Source of the DNA: Octopus vulgaris
Taxonomy: Eukaryota
Assembly (NCBI GenBank): GCA_951406725.2
Contig: OX597821.1
Coordinates: 92,256,001 to 92,320,000 of the forward strand
Length of the DNA stretch: 64,000 nt
Direction of reading: 5' to 3'
Shown: one piece after another, positions 1 through 12,571 of the stretch
How positions within the stretch are numbered: the stretch's first letter is position 1
Layout: each line of letters opens with the position of its first letter
Position numbers and translations under genes: made by a program
Notes under the pieces: generated by a model
Seen by the model: the letters and a program-made list of their open reading frames with translations, nothing else
What the model was told of the DNA's origin: nothing
Database searches by the model: none

Positions 1-322
1 GTGTATGAGATGGAAAGTGTACATATAAACTGTATTCAATCACTAAATAATAATGTCTTTTCCTCTTCCCCCTTGCCTTTCTCTCTCCCTTTCTTTCTCA
101 CTCACTTACTCTATCTGTATGTGTAAATTTCTGTGCACATGTTCGTGTGAGTGTGTTTGCCTCCAGTGTTAAAAAGTACCATCACCAAAAAAGGACATTG
201 CCAAACATCCAGTCAGCTGTGCCATATTGCCAGCATCCAATCCAAACATCCACACTCAGTCACCTCATTTCAAGCATCTTATTTGTAATTCTGTGTGAAA
301 AAAATGTAAGCGGATGAAATAT

Positions 323-720
323 TACTCTTTTACTTGTTTCAGTCATTTGACTGCGGCCATGCTGGAGCACCGCCTTAGTCGCGCAAATCGACCCCAGGAC
401 TTATTCTTTGTAAGCCCAGTACTTATTCTATCGGTCTCTTTTGCCGAACCGCTAAGTGGCGGGGACGTAAACACACCAGCATCGATTGTAAAGCAATGCT
501 AGGGAGACAAACACAAACACACAAACACACACATACATACATATATATACATATATACGACAGGCTTCTTTCAGTTTCCGTCTATCAAATCCACTCACAA
601 GGCATTGGTCGGCCCGGGGCTATAGCAGAAGACACTTGCCCAAGATGCCACGCAGTGGGACTGAACCCGGAACCATGTGGTTGGTTAGCAATCTACTTAC
701 CACGCAGCCACTCCTGCACC
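323..720 (-). mobile_element. SINE family A (tRNA-like head, CORE-like TTGGGCAAGT block, internal (TA)/(TG) tract, GTAAAAGA tail), full length
   Basis: Reverse complement of the copies at 4373, 20674 and 59461; head GGAGTGGCTG.GTGGTAAG...GGTTCAGTCCC has A/B-box-like motifs. Confidence 0.85.
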
Positions 721-959
721 TACTAATATGTTACTAATTTTTCAGTATTTAAATAAATGTGGTACTTCTTATAAATAATGATGTGTATTTTATATAGACT
801 TCGCCGTTCATTGACAAGATCAACAAAGATCAAAATCATGTGATCTGGTGGTCTTGATGCTCATTGTAACTATTGCAGTTTAGTTCGGTCTTACAGAATG
901 GTTATTTATTATTTCATCCTGGGGAAGGTTGCAAGGCCCATAGCACACATATAATAATT

Positions 960-1586
960 ATTTCTTATTTCTTTATTGCCCACAAGGGGCTAAACATAGA
1001 GGGAACAAACAAGGACAGACAATGGAATTAAGTCAATTACATCGACCCCAGTGTGTAACTGGTACTTAATTTATCGACTCGGAAAATATGAAAGGCAAAA
1101 TCGACCTTGGCAGAATTTGAACTCAGAACGTAACAGCTGATGAAATACCTATTTCTTTATTACCCACAAGGGGCTAAACATAGAGGGGACAAGCAAGGAC
1201 AGACATAGGTATTAACTCGATTATATCGACCCCAGTGCGGAACTGGTACTTAATTTATTGACCCCGAAAGGATGAAAGGCAAAGTCGACCTCAGGAGAAT
1301 TTGAACTCAGAACGTAACGGCTGATGAAATACCGCTAAGCATTTCGCTCGGTGTGCTAACGTTTCTGCCAGCTTTCTACTATAGGCACAAGGCCTGGATT
1401 TTGTGGAGAGTAGGACAGTTGATTACATCGCCCCAAGTACTCAACTGGTACTTAATGTATCGACCCTGAAAGCATGAAAGGCAAAGTCAACCTCAGTGGA
1501 ATTTGAACTCAGAACATATAAAGACAAACGCAATACCACAAAGCATTTCGCCTGGCATGCTAACGATTCTGTCTGCTCACCACCTT
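960..1586 (-). mobile_element. SINE family B tandem array (about 3 units)
   Basis: Repeated blocks GGCAGAA.CGTTAGC / GAGTTCAAATTC / GCCTTTCATCCTTTCGGGGTC.ATAAATTAAGTACC on the minus strand; more than 10 copies elsewhere in the window. Confidence 0.85.
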
Positions 1587-1879
1587 GCCCACACACATAA
1601 TAATGGCCTGGTATTATTGATGCATTTGATTTTCATTTCAGACTTTTGCAGGTTGAAATAAAACTTGAACAAGGAGGGGAATCAGAGGTTTTGCAGTTCT
1701 ACGGAGGAAGGGTTAGCAAAAATTGTTCAGTGCAATAATGTGTTTTAGTAGGAAACGGAGCAAGAATGTTGAGAGAGGAAGGAAGAATGCTACGGTGATG
1801 TAGTTAATAAATGCCGTGGCAGTGGAGGTTGTGACAGTGGAAGTGCTGTTGTGGTCATCGTTCTCAACAATGTAGTAGT

Positions 1880-2450
1880 CGTGGTCGTGGTCGTGGTGGT
1901 GCTGTTGGTGGTGGTTGTGGTGGTGGTGGTCATGGTGGTGTTGTTGTTGTTGTTGTTGTTGTTGGTGTGGTGGTGGTGGTGGTGGTGGTGGTGTGGTAGT
2001 TGTTGTGGTGGTGGTTTGGGTCGGTGATGTGGTGGTGATGATGGTGGTGGTGGTGGTGGTGCTGGTGGTGATGGTGATGGTGGTAGTGGTGCTGGTGCTG
2101 GTGCTGGTGGTGATGGTGGTAGTGGTGGTGGTGGTGGTGGTGTGGGTTGGGTTATTGATGCGGTGGTGGTGGTGGTGGTGGTGGTGGTGGTGGTGGTTAT
2201 GGTGATGGTGGTAGTGGTGCTGGTGCTGGTGCTGGTGGTGATGGTGGTAGTGGTGGTGGTGGTGGTGGTGGTGGTGGTGGTGGTGGTGGTGGTGTGGGTT
2301 GGGTTATTGATGCAGTGGTGGTGGTGGTGGTGGTGGTGGTTATGGTGGTAGTGGTGGTGGTGGTGATGGTGGTGGTTTGGGTTGGTGATGCAGTGGTGAT
2401 GGTGGTGGTGGTGGTGGTGATAGGGGTGGTGGTGACGACAGAAGTGGTGG
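1880..2450. repeat. Compound (GGT)n/(GTT)n microsatellite with internal higher-order duplication
   Basis: Direct reading; the block GTGTGGGTTGGGTTATTGATGC occurs twice (~2141, ~2293). Confidence 0.9.
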
Positions 2451-2796
2451 TAATAATGGAATACAACTTGCTAGTTTACAGAAGACTGCTGTACCATCAG
2501 CAGAAGAGACAGTAGTAGGTTATATCACACTGGTAGCCTACGGGTCACACACTCTTCATTACTGAAGGTTTAATTATCACATTGTCTTATATCTATATGT
2601 TCTTTGAGAAATTCTGTTTGAACTTGTATGTATGTGTGTGTGTGTGTGTGTGTGTGTGCACGTGTGTGTGTTCTTGTGTGTTTCTATCTGTCTTTCAAAG
2701 CATCCATCCGTCCATCTCTCTGTCATATATACATAGATATATACATCTATACACAGACACACACACATATACACACATATGCATGTATATATATAT

Positions 2797-2844
<48 letters not shown>

Positions 2845-3631
2845 ACATACACACACATATACATACACACACATGTATCTATATTTAAACATATTTGATA
2901 TTAGTGCTTGTGTGTGTGTGTGTGTTTTTGCATGTGTGTGTGTATGTCTATTCACATATGTGCATGTACCTGTGAGTGTTTAGACCCTCAGTGATACACA
3001 CACACACGCGCGCGCGCACACACACGTGCACACACACACACACGCGCACACGTGCACACACACACACACACACACGCACACACACACACGCGTTTTGTGT
3101 GTTTTATAATATTAACAGAATGTTATAGACTGACAGAAACCACTAAAAACTAGAGTAAATATGTTTACACATACTTTTTATTATCTGAAGCCATTCAATA
3201 GCAAGGATGCTCCATAACAAACGACCAGTCGGCCCCAAATAATATACATGGAGCCTAAATTGTTGTAAAGATGCCAAATGAAATATGATATCTTGGGTAA
3301 ACAGACAAATTGATGTTTACAAAAATCTTATCAGTCACCGGTTATCAATCCTTGCTAAGTATATTTGTTGATTTACTTGGACATCATCAGGTGATTTTTT
3401 TTTTTTTCATATTGCAGAATTTGGTACACAGACATTATCTATGAGACTTCTTTGTACAGAGGAGTTTCATTTTTATCATCATTTCAAATTGACAAGCTGT
3501 GGTGTATCCGGGGGAATAATTACATAAGTAGAATCTCAAATGACAGATTCAAAAGGATGCCGAGCTGACAGATAAGTGGATAAAATTCAGTGTTTGAGGA
3601 AGTTAATGAAGATCTGCATCAGCAACAATGC

Positions 3632-4026
3632 GGAAGCACTCCGTCGGTTACGACGATGAGGGTTCCGGTTGACAGCCTGCTCGTGAAATCAACGGAACAG
3701 CCTGCTCGTGAAATTAACGTGTAAGTGGCTGAGCACTCCACAGACACGTGTACCCTTAACGTAGTTCTCGGGGATATTCAGCGTGACACAGAGAGTGACA
3801 AGGCCGGCCCTTTGAAATACAGGTACAACAGAAACAGGAAGTAAGAGCGAGAGAAAGTTGTGGTGAAAGAGTACAGCAGGGATCACCACCATCCCCTGCC
3901 AGAGACTCATGGAGCTTTTAGGTGTTTTCGCTCAATAAACACTGACAACGCCCAGTCTGGGAATCGAAACCGCAATCCTATGACCGCGAGTCTGCTGCCC
4001 TAACCACTGAGCCATTGCGCCTCCAC
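3632..4026 (-). mobile_element. SINE family D, tRNA-derived head
   Basis: Minus-strand head GGAGGCGCAATGGCTCAGTGGTTAGG...GGTTTCGATTCCC (A and B boxes); its 3' part recurs at ~44370-44460 and 63915-64000. Confidence 0.8.
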
Positions 4027-4372
4027 ATCAGCAACAATAGTAATTATTTCTAACGTGGATACAAGGCAGAAAGCTGGGGCAAGGAATGCAGTCGATTATA
4101 TCAACCCCAGTACTTAAAAGGTATTTCCTCACTTTGAACTCCAAATGAATCAAAGCCAGGATTAACTTCAGTGGGATTTGAACTCAGAGTATAAAGATCT
4201 ATGACAAATACTACAAAAAAATATTTTGTCTGACACGCAACTGATTCTATCACAGAGGTTCTTTTTAATTGCTTCTGAGGCATGGCAGTACTCATGGCCC
4301 GTCTTACAGCCTTTGAGGGTGTAGAGAGGAACAAATTTGTCACCAAACCAGAGACTTGGAATGAATGTTTGT

Positions 4373-4782
4373 GGTGCAGGAGTGGCTGTGTGGTAAGTAG
4401 CTTGCTTACCAACCACACAGTTCCGGGTTCAGTCCCACTGCATGGCATGTTGGGCAAGTGTCTTCTACTATAGCCTCGGGCCAAACCAAAGCCTTGTGAG
4501 TGGATTTGGTAGACAGAAACTGAAAGAAGCCCGTCGTATATATGTATGTATATATATATATGTGTGTGTGTGTATGTTTGTGTGTCTGTGTTTGTCCCCC
4601 TAGCATTGCTTGACAACCGATGCTGGTGTGTTTACGTCCCCGTCACTTAGCGGTTCAGCAAAAGAGACCGATAGAATAAGTACTGGGCTTACAAAGAATA
4701 AGTCCTGGGGTCGATTTGCTCGACTAAAGGCAGTGCTCCAGCATGGCCGCAGTCAAATGACTGAAACAAGTAAAAGAGTAAG
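4373..4782 (+). mobile_element. SINE family A, full length
   Basis: Near-identical to the other family A copies. Confidence 0.85.
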
Positions 4783-5290
4783 TGAGTGAGCTTTTGTAAC
4801 CTTTTAGCATTCAAATTCCTCTCTCTCTCTCAAATGTAATGCTTTTTTATTCAAGTTATTTTGAATTATCCATTATTTTGAATTACTCATAGCTTTGAGA
4901 GTTTGATTATATGATTGCCTGTCTTTAAAATGAGCAATCATTCTAAAGATAGGAGTAAGAGTGTGAAACCAGATGTGGCCTGTTTTAACATAAAATCATT
5001 AGGATGTTTCGGCTGGATATGGACAGCTTAAATGTTAAGGGATTAAAGTTATTTTAGAACCTTGTGGTGTTAAACAGAACAGTGACAAGTTTTATTTATT
5101 GATACAGAACTAATTACATTCTGACTTAGAATCATAGGTTTAAATCCTTCCCACCCCCGCCAGCCACCTATGGTACTCATTGGGAAATGAGAGTACTAAA
5201 GTAGTGTGAAATGAGGTGCATGGCTCAATGATACAGCATGCTGCCCTGTATGAGAACTGAACCAGAGTATCCTAACGATTACAAGTTTAA

Positions 5291-5511
5291 CCCTTTTGAT
5301 ACCAACCTGGCCAAAACCGCCTCTGGCTCTGTAGTACAAATGTCTTGTTTTCATAAGTTTTCAATTAAAATCTTCCACCAAACCTTAGTCGCAATTTATG
5401 TTCATAACACTAGCTTAATGATAACTAAGTTCTTTTACTAAATTCTTTGTTATATTTAAAATTAATTGATTGAAAACAGAGCATCTCAAAATAAATACGG
5501 CATCGAAAGGG
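5291..5511. mobile_element. piggyBac-type MITE
   Basis: TTAA|CCCTTTTGATACC...GGCATCGAAAGGG|TTAA; a paralogous empty site (GAGTTTAATATTCAAACC) exists at ~6585. Confidence 0.85.
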
Positions 5512-6532
5512 TTAATGTTCAAACCACTGCACCACATACCTGTCACTGCATTCTGTGTCAGAATGTAGTTTGTTTTGTATCAATAAGTTGGGTAGCAATG
5601 AGGAGTGAAAAAAAAAACTATATTTTCATTCTACAATTACCTTCACTGAATATTAAGACATTGTTGTGTTCAATTATTGGCCAATTTCTTTTGTATGCGT
5701 AGATAAACTAATGGTGAAACACCAGTTTATCTATATTGTTTTGAAGGGTCTGTAAACTGCTCTTTATTTTACCCTGCTCCTCGCAGCAACCAAATTGATA
5801 TTCAACAAACTCACCTACAAACTGACAGGTGAAAAATTGGCAGATTAAAACCCTTTAACCAGCATGTCAATGTGTCCATCAATGAAGTTAGGTAACAGTT
5901 AAAATCTTTCTTGAGCTTACAGGCCTATTAGGTTAGAGCTTATCCCATTTCCTATGGCATTTAAACCCTTCTTTTCATACCATATCCCCATATAAATACA
6001 CTGCCTTTCTTCAATTAATTTTGAAAACAATGAAGAATTTGGTTAAATAACTGCCATTATTAATACATGAAACTTTGATGGAAGTCTTTTTACTTAGATA
6101 ATATTAAAGCATGAAGTTTGTATTATAGAAGCAAGGGCAGTCTTAACTCTTTAGCATTTAAACAGGCCACATCCAGCTCAACTATTCAGCTTGTTATATT
6201 TGTAAATTGGCCAGATCTGGCCTCTATGGTCAATCTAAAAAATAAATGATCACATTATCGAAATCTTGAAGCTATGAGAAAATGCATGATTAATGAATAA
6301 TTTGAAAACAATCTGAGTAAATAAACATCGCATTTGACCAAGTAATCTGAAAGCTAAAGGGTGGAGCTGGGTGCTATAAAAAGGGTTAAGCAACCGAGAA
6401 TACAGGACTTACCCCTTCAGTGCAATTCCAGTCAATCATAGGTTTAAATCCTTCCCACCCCTACCAGCTATCTATGGTACTCATTGTGAAATGAGAATAC
6501 TAAACCAATGTGAAATGAAGTGCACGGCCCAA

Positions 6533-6790
6533 TGATACTGCATGCTGCCCTGTATGAGAACTGAACCTGTGTCCTAACAATTATGAGTTTAATATTCAAA
6601 CCACTGCACCACATACTCAGTGATACAGCATGCTGCCCTGCATGAGAACTGAACCTGTGTCCTAACAATTATGAGTTTAATATTCAAACCACTGCACCAC
6701 ATACTCAGTAATACAGCATTCTGCCCTGCATGAGAATTGAACCTGTGTTCTAACAATTATGAGTTTAATATTCAAACCACTGCACCACAT
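6533..6790. repeat. 88-bp tandem repeat x3 derived from a degenerate tRNA-like SINE head
   Basis: Units start at 6533, 6621 and 6709; minus strand reads TGGTGCAGTGG...GGTTCAGTTCT. Confidence 0.85.
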
Positions 6791-7109
6791 GCTTTCACTT
6801 CAGTAAGGTACTTACAACTCAGCAGTTAAATTTGTATGTATCACCACTTGAAAACCAAGATAACAACCAGCCTTCCTTCAATCAGTGTTGCTGATCTTAT
6901 AAAAGAGCTATAGGTGTTGCCCTACTTCTCTAGCAAATTTATATCAATAAAAAAAAGCAAAGGTTGCACTGTAATACTGTTGTAATACTTTGCTACCTTC
7001 AAGTACAAAATATACAAATAATCTGGTAGCTGAATATAAAAAGTATTGAACTACCAGACTGTTTGTTTACAGGAAATGTCATTAAACATATATTTGCATG
7101 TGCAGGAAA

Positions 7110-7342
7110 GGCGGCATGCTGGCAGAATCATTAGCACGCTGGGCGAAATGCGTAGCCATATTTCGTCTGCCGTTACGTTCTGGGTTCAAATTCCGCCAAG
7201 GTCGACTTTGCCTTTCATCCTTTCAGGGTCGATAAATTAAGTACCAGTTACGCACTGGGGTCGATATAATTCGACTTAATCCATTTGTCTGTCCTTGTTT
7301 GTCCCCCCTGTGTTTAGCCCCTTGTGGGTAGTAAAGAAATAT
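7110..7342 (+). mobile_element. SINE family B monomer
   Basis: GGCGG...GCTGGCAGAATCATTAGC through GTAAAGAAATA. Confidence 0.85.
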
Positions 7343-7632
7343 ATATTTGCATGTGCAGACAAAGATACTCACATACAAAGAGGTACTCAAAAGTAACCAG
7401 GAACGTTCTCCGTGGGACAAGCCCATTGTAGTTTAGGCTTCTGCCACCAGAAGTCACTTGTTGCAACCCTCAGGCATCAGCATGCTGACCGGCAGCATCA
7501 AGTAAAGTTGTACTGCCACGTGGTGTGTCTTTGTTTTGTATTGCTTCTCCCCCTTTTTTGCAATGGCTGAAATGAAGGAAGTGTGCTTCCATGAAATTCT
7601 ATTTTCTACTGTAGAAAACAGCAGCCAAAACA

Positions 7633-7778
7633 GTGTGGTAAGTAGCTTGCTTACCAACCACATGGTACCGGGTTCATTCCCACTGTGTGGCACTTTGGGC
7701 AAGTGTCTTTGAATATAGCCTTGGGCTGACCAAAGCCTTGCGAGTAGATTTGGTAGACGGAAACTGAAAGAAGCCCAT

Positions 7779-7815
<37 letters not shown>

Positions 7816-8034
7816 ATATGTTTGTGTGTCTGTGTTTGTCCCCCCCAACATCACTTGACAACCGATGCTGGTGTGTTTACATCCCCGTAACTTAGCAGTT
7901 CAGCAAAAGAGACCGATAGAATAAGTACTAGGCTTACAAAGAATAAGTCCTGAGGTCGATTTGCTCGACTAAAGGCGGTGCTCCAGCATGGTCGCAGTCA
8001 AATGACTGAAACAAGTAAAAGAGTAAAAGAGTAA
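7633..8034 (+). mobile_element. SINE family A
   Basis: Similarity to other copies; GAGTAAAAGAGTAA tail. Confidence 0.85.
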
Positions 8035-8089
8035 GGCCACTGCCAAGACAAAAACACAAGTTTATGAGTGGTTTTCATGCTTTAGGAAT

Positions 8090-8646
8090 GGTCACTTGAT
8101 ACTTGAAGACCAACCTCATTCAGGGCATCCGTCGACACCCTGAAAGAATGAAAATATCAGGAAAATTCATGAATTTTCATGATCTTGGTGGACTATCACT
8201 GAAAAATCAACAAACTTGTGGCTATGACTGGTGTGTCCTGGAGCTCCTGCCAGCAAATTTTGAGCAAAGAATTGCAAATGAAAAGAATTGCAGCAAAATT
8301 TGCTCACAGAAGATCAAAAGCATTCATGACAGAATGTGTGTCGTGAACTCTGAAAGAACACTAGGAAAGTGATCCAAAATTTTTTGTGAAGGTCATCACA
8401 GGTGTTGAAAACTGGTGATACAGAATTTGCAGATATAGAAGAGATGAAGGAAAAAAAAAACGACAGTGGCATTAAAAGGCATTACTTCACAAGAATTCCA
8501 GCACTGCTTTGAACTGTGGAAAACACATCTAGACTAATGCATAGCTTCAAATGGAAAACATTTTGAAGGTGATAAAAGTGTAAAATGTAAACTAAGTGAA
8601 TAAAATAAAATTGCAAAATTGCAGGCTTTTTGAGGGGTATCCCCTC

Positions 8647-8649
<3 letters not shown>
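8090..8649 (+). mobile_element. Decayed Tc1/mariner transposon, 3' part
   Basis: ATCACAGGTGTTGAAACTGG resembles the ITGDETW motif; C-terminal G..FEGDK-like coding TTTGAAGGTGATAAA; terminus CCCCTCG followed by TA. Confidence 0.65.
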
Positions 8650-8680
<31 letters not shown>

Positions 8681-8691
8681 GTAATATGTAT

Positions 8692-8739
<48 letters not shown>

Positions 8740-8830
8740 ATATATATATGTGTATATACAAGCTTTATTTACAGGCTTTATTTACATTATTTACACTTGA
8801 TGGATATTTGTCCCCATCTTGTTTGTTGTT

Positions 8831-8876
8831 AATACAATGTTTCAGCTGATATATTCTCCAGCCTTCATCAGGTGTC
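8831..8876 (-). ncRNA. Minimal type I hammerhead motif (CpG-decayed), same family as 53615-53660
   Basis: Minus strand GACAC CTGATGA AGGCTG..CAGCT GAAACATT GTATT. Confidence 0.55.
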
Positions 8877-9132
8877 TTGGAGAAATTTCGAACCTGGGTT
8901 TTCATTCATGCCCAAGATCCTAAGCAGTCTCGACAAAAAATGCAATAGGGCAAAGTCTGAAATCATGTAGATGCAAAGTTAACTATTCTTAACTATTCTG
9001 CCATGCCAGTCCTTATATCTAATCAGAAGTAATCAAAATTCAGGTAGATGTTTCAAAAATTAAGGAAGACATAAGCAGGATTTGAACTGAGCAAATGCAA
9101 GGCATTAAATTACATACTGATCAAAGTGAAGA

Positions 9133-9430
9133 ATGCGTAGCTCAGTGGTTAGAGCTTCGGGCTCACAATCATGAGGTGTTGAGTTCGATTCCCAGACTGG
9201 GCTGTGTGTTGTGTTTTTGATATTTTATTTCACATTGTTCCAGTTTATTCAGCTGTAGAAATGAGTTGCAACATTACTGGTGCCAAGCTGTATCAGCCCC
9301 TTTACCTTTCACTTTGATAACATTGGTGGTATGGAGAGGGATGACTGGTATGCTTAGGTGACAGCTGGTCCCCCATAAACAACCTTACTCAGACTTGTAC
9401 CTCGAAGGGGAACTTTTTAGGTTCAATCTA
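9133..9430 (+). mobile_element. SINE family C (tRNA head)
   Basis: GTAGCTCAGTGGTTAGAGC...GAGTTCGATTCCC; reverse-strand relatives at 22110-22444 and 27420-27665. Confidence 0.75.
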
Positions 9431-9654
9431 GGCTCTTTACCTAATCAAAGGCATAGCTTTGAACATCTTTATTGCACTTAGTATCTGTAATATTATAGGG
9501 CTGCTATTTAACCTCTGTTCAGTTAATATTGGCCCTTGAAGTTAGGGAACGTCCTTTTGTGTTTATGGTTAAATATATTAAATAGAAGTGAAATAACAGA
9601 TAAAGACACAAAGAAAGGTGCAACTTAAACAGGTGAGGATCAAATCTGAGACTC

Positions 9655-9998
9655 TTTAAATATAACACCCATGGACATGTTTACAAAGTCAGAAAACAGC
9701 ACAACTCCCATGACTTTCAGAAACATTTTTTCCCACTAAGAGTTGCTGAAGCATGGAACAAGCTGCCGGCATCAGTTTTTAGTTGTCGGAGCACTGCATC
9801 CTTCAAAACTTCCATGCTTCCTAAGATTCGCCAACACTACACCTGATTTTCTCCCCTGCATACACACGCAAGCATGTATCTGACTCATACACTGTTCACT
9901 TCCCAGACATTTGTACATTACTGCATATACTTTATACGCACTTTTTGACAAGTTGTGGAGCACCTGAGCACTGTATACAATAATTTCATTATTATTAT
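9655..9998 (+). mobile_element. CR1/L2-group LINE 3' end
   Basis: Matches the end of the ORF at 48550-49236 (N.HGH.YKVRKQ..SHDF.KHFF.LRVAEAWNKLPASV), then a 3' UTR and (ATT)n tail. Confidence 0.8.
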
Positions 9999-10400
9999 TT
10001 TATACAACTGTACTAAACACAACACATTACTTAATCAATCAACCTTCTATAAATAGCAGTAAAATCATCTTCATACTAAACCTCGCAATTTTAGGAAAGA
10101 GCAGGGTATTGCAGTCTGAGATGCAGTGTCATCTTCTATCTTTTATCTTTTATTTGTTTCAGTCATTAGACTGTGGCCAAACTGGGGCACCACCTTGAAA
10201 GATTTTCAGTCAAACAAATCAAAAAAAGTACTTCATTTGTTTTTTTTTATATATATGTATATATATATAAGTTCAGAAAAATTTAGATTCAGATGAATAT
10301 GGTACTTAAGTCAAAGGCAACAGAATTTCGTATAGTATTATCCATATAAATCCATGGGGTGATTATAATCAAAATAAGCAACAAGTATATCCGAGATAAT

Positions 10401-10486
10401 GTGGTACAATCGTTTCATGCTACTTCATTTTATTAAACACTGTAAGTATTACATCAGTTTTAAAATGTTGAGCAATCTTCAGCCAC
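10401..10486 (-). ncRNA. Minimal type I hammerhead motif
   Basis: Minus strand GTGG CTGAAGA TTGCT..AGCAT GAAAC GATT GTA CCAC; paralog at 34680 has the perfect ACGATCGT palindrome. Confidence 0.7.
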
Positions 10487-10637
10487 TTATATATATATAA
10501 TTCTACATTGAGAGAAGAAAGAGATGGACGCTTCAATTCTATTCTGTTGCCGCATTATGTCGTACGCGAATGAGAGGATTTGCATCCCCAAACAAGAATT
10601 TTTGATGTAACACATGTCCTTGTAGAAGCTGTTGTGC

Positions 10638-10715
10638 GCGGCTGAAGAAGGCCACAGACATACATTATGCATTGTTATAAATCTGTCTAATAAAGGCCCG
10701 AAACATATGTACCGC
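10638..10715 (+). ncRNA. Minimal type I hammerhead motif
   Basis: GCGG CTGAAGA AGGCC..GGCCC GAAAC ATAT GTA CCGC; palindromic stem III ACATATGT. Confidence 0.75.
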
Positions 10716-10746
10716 TGAATCCTTGGCATCATGTTTTTATTTTGAT

Positions 10747-10796
<50 letters not shown>

Positions 10797-10799
<3 letters not shown>

Positions 10800-11007
10800 C
10801 GCAGGAGTGGCTGTGTTTGTCCCCCTAGCATTGCTTGACAACCGATGCTGGTGTGTTTACGTTGCCGTCACTTAGCGGTTCGGCAAAAGAGACTGATAGA
10901 ATAAGTACTGGGCTTACAAAGAATAAGTCCTGGGGTCGATTTGCTCGACTAAAGGCAGTGCTCCAGCATGGCCACAGTCAAATGACTGAAACAAGTAAAA
11001 GAGTAAA

Positions 11008-11010
<3 letters not shown>
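10797..11010 (+). mobile_element. SINE family A with internal deletion
   Basis: Head GGAGTGGCTGTGT joined directly to TTGTCCCCCTAGC through CTGTGT microhomology. Confidence 0.8.
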
Positions 11011-11048
<38 letters not shown>

Positions 11049-12252
11049 TGGTACTTATTCAGTAGGTCTCTTTTGCTGAACCTCTAAATTATGGGGATGT
11101 AAACAAGCCAACACTGGTTGTCAAGCAGGAGGGGGGGGAGCACAAACACACACACACACATACATATATATATGCCAGACTTCTTTCAGTTTCCATTTAC
11201 CAAATCCAATCACAAGACTTTGGTCAGCCCATGGTTATAGTTAAAGACACTTGTTATTTAAACAGGTTCCCACTGTTTACAGAAACGTGATGCAATTTTC
11301 TGTGGTTACTAATTTCTGTTTAGTTCAAGTGTGTATGCAGGATTTAAGAGTCTTGAGCCATTCTTTGAGCTGAGTACTGACAGTCATCAATTTGAACAAT
11401 AGCCCACAGCTCAACGATAGTTCAACACTTTATTGACTGATACAGCAATGTCTTAATACGATGTGATGTTTCTCAATGTTTGTAGACACAGACAAAGATA
11501 TATTTATCACACATTTACTCATTCCCAAAACTTACATATATATATATTGACACCTAACACTATTTCCCATAATTTAAACCAAGAAAATCTAACAAAATTG
11601 AAGCGTAAAACAAGGACAAATATTATACAAAGATTCATTAGAATTTCTAATTATTTCATTCAACACCTTATCAGATTTTCTGCTGCTGGCTTTGGACAGA
11701 AAACTTTACAGAACTTTTGGTTGTAAGAATTGGTCTTTGGTTATAATTCCTTTCAGTGATTACCACGGATGTATCCAGGGGTGAATTTATTACCATACAC
11801 AATTCGTGTGTAATTTTTCAGTTTCAGCTAATTAAATGTGTGCAAGCGTCAATGTTTAATATTTACGAGTATTTATGAATATGTATGTGTGTGCCTATGA
11901 CAGTATGTGCTTCTATATACTTACACATTTCACATACACGCAAACGTGTGCATATATATATATATATATATATATGTATATCCACATGCATATATATGTG
12001 TGTGTGTGTATGTGTGTATGATTGATATTTACACACACATCTATGTGCTTTTGTGAATATGTGTGTGCATGTCTGTGTGTGTAACGAGACGAAATATATT
12101 CAGACAAAAGGAGACTTATGTAGACAAATATACATGCATACATAATGCATATACACACATACACAAAGATACACCACACACACACATATATACATATACA
12201 TAAATACATATATATATATTGATACATATATGTATATATATACATATATGTG

Positions 12253-12346
<94 letters not shown>

Positions 12347-12347
12347 C

Positions 12348-12359
<12 letters not shown>

Positions 12360-12380
<21 letters not shown>

Positions 12381-12571
12381 GCATACATTCTCATACATAC
12401 ATAACTACATAGATCGATAGATAGATGTAGTTACATAGATATACATAAATATATATATTTGTATATATATATATATACATATATATTTATATATATATAT
12501 GCATACATTCTCATACATACATAACTACATAGATCGATAGATAGATGTAGTTACATAGATATACATAAATA
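12360..12571. repeat. 120-bp tandem duplication within a (TA)n region
   Basis: GCATACATTCTCATACATAC...ATACATAAAT at 12381 and 12501. Confidence 0.9.

Noticed and set aside
496-726. Recurrent 'MLGGQTQTHK...[19 protein letters not shown]' ORF family
   Set aside because: Antisense reading of SINE family A, not a gene family.
1136-1330. CTGATGA words at ~1137 and 1321 (also 22693, 25017, 44799, 59361)
   Set aside because: Mutated SINE/Helitron sequence or chance matches without correctly placed GAAA and stems; not hammerheads.
3330-3395. Minus-strand CTGATGA...GATAACCGGTG resembling an HHR
   Set aside because: GAAA and the cleavage triplet are corrupted and stem I is absent; at best an ancient relic.
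9133-9210. tRNA genes (also ~3950-4026, 22370-22444, 53405-53465)
   Set aside because: A/B boxes are present, but there is no complete cloverleaf and each continues into a repeat body; these are SINE heads.
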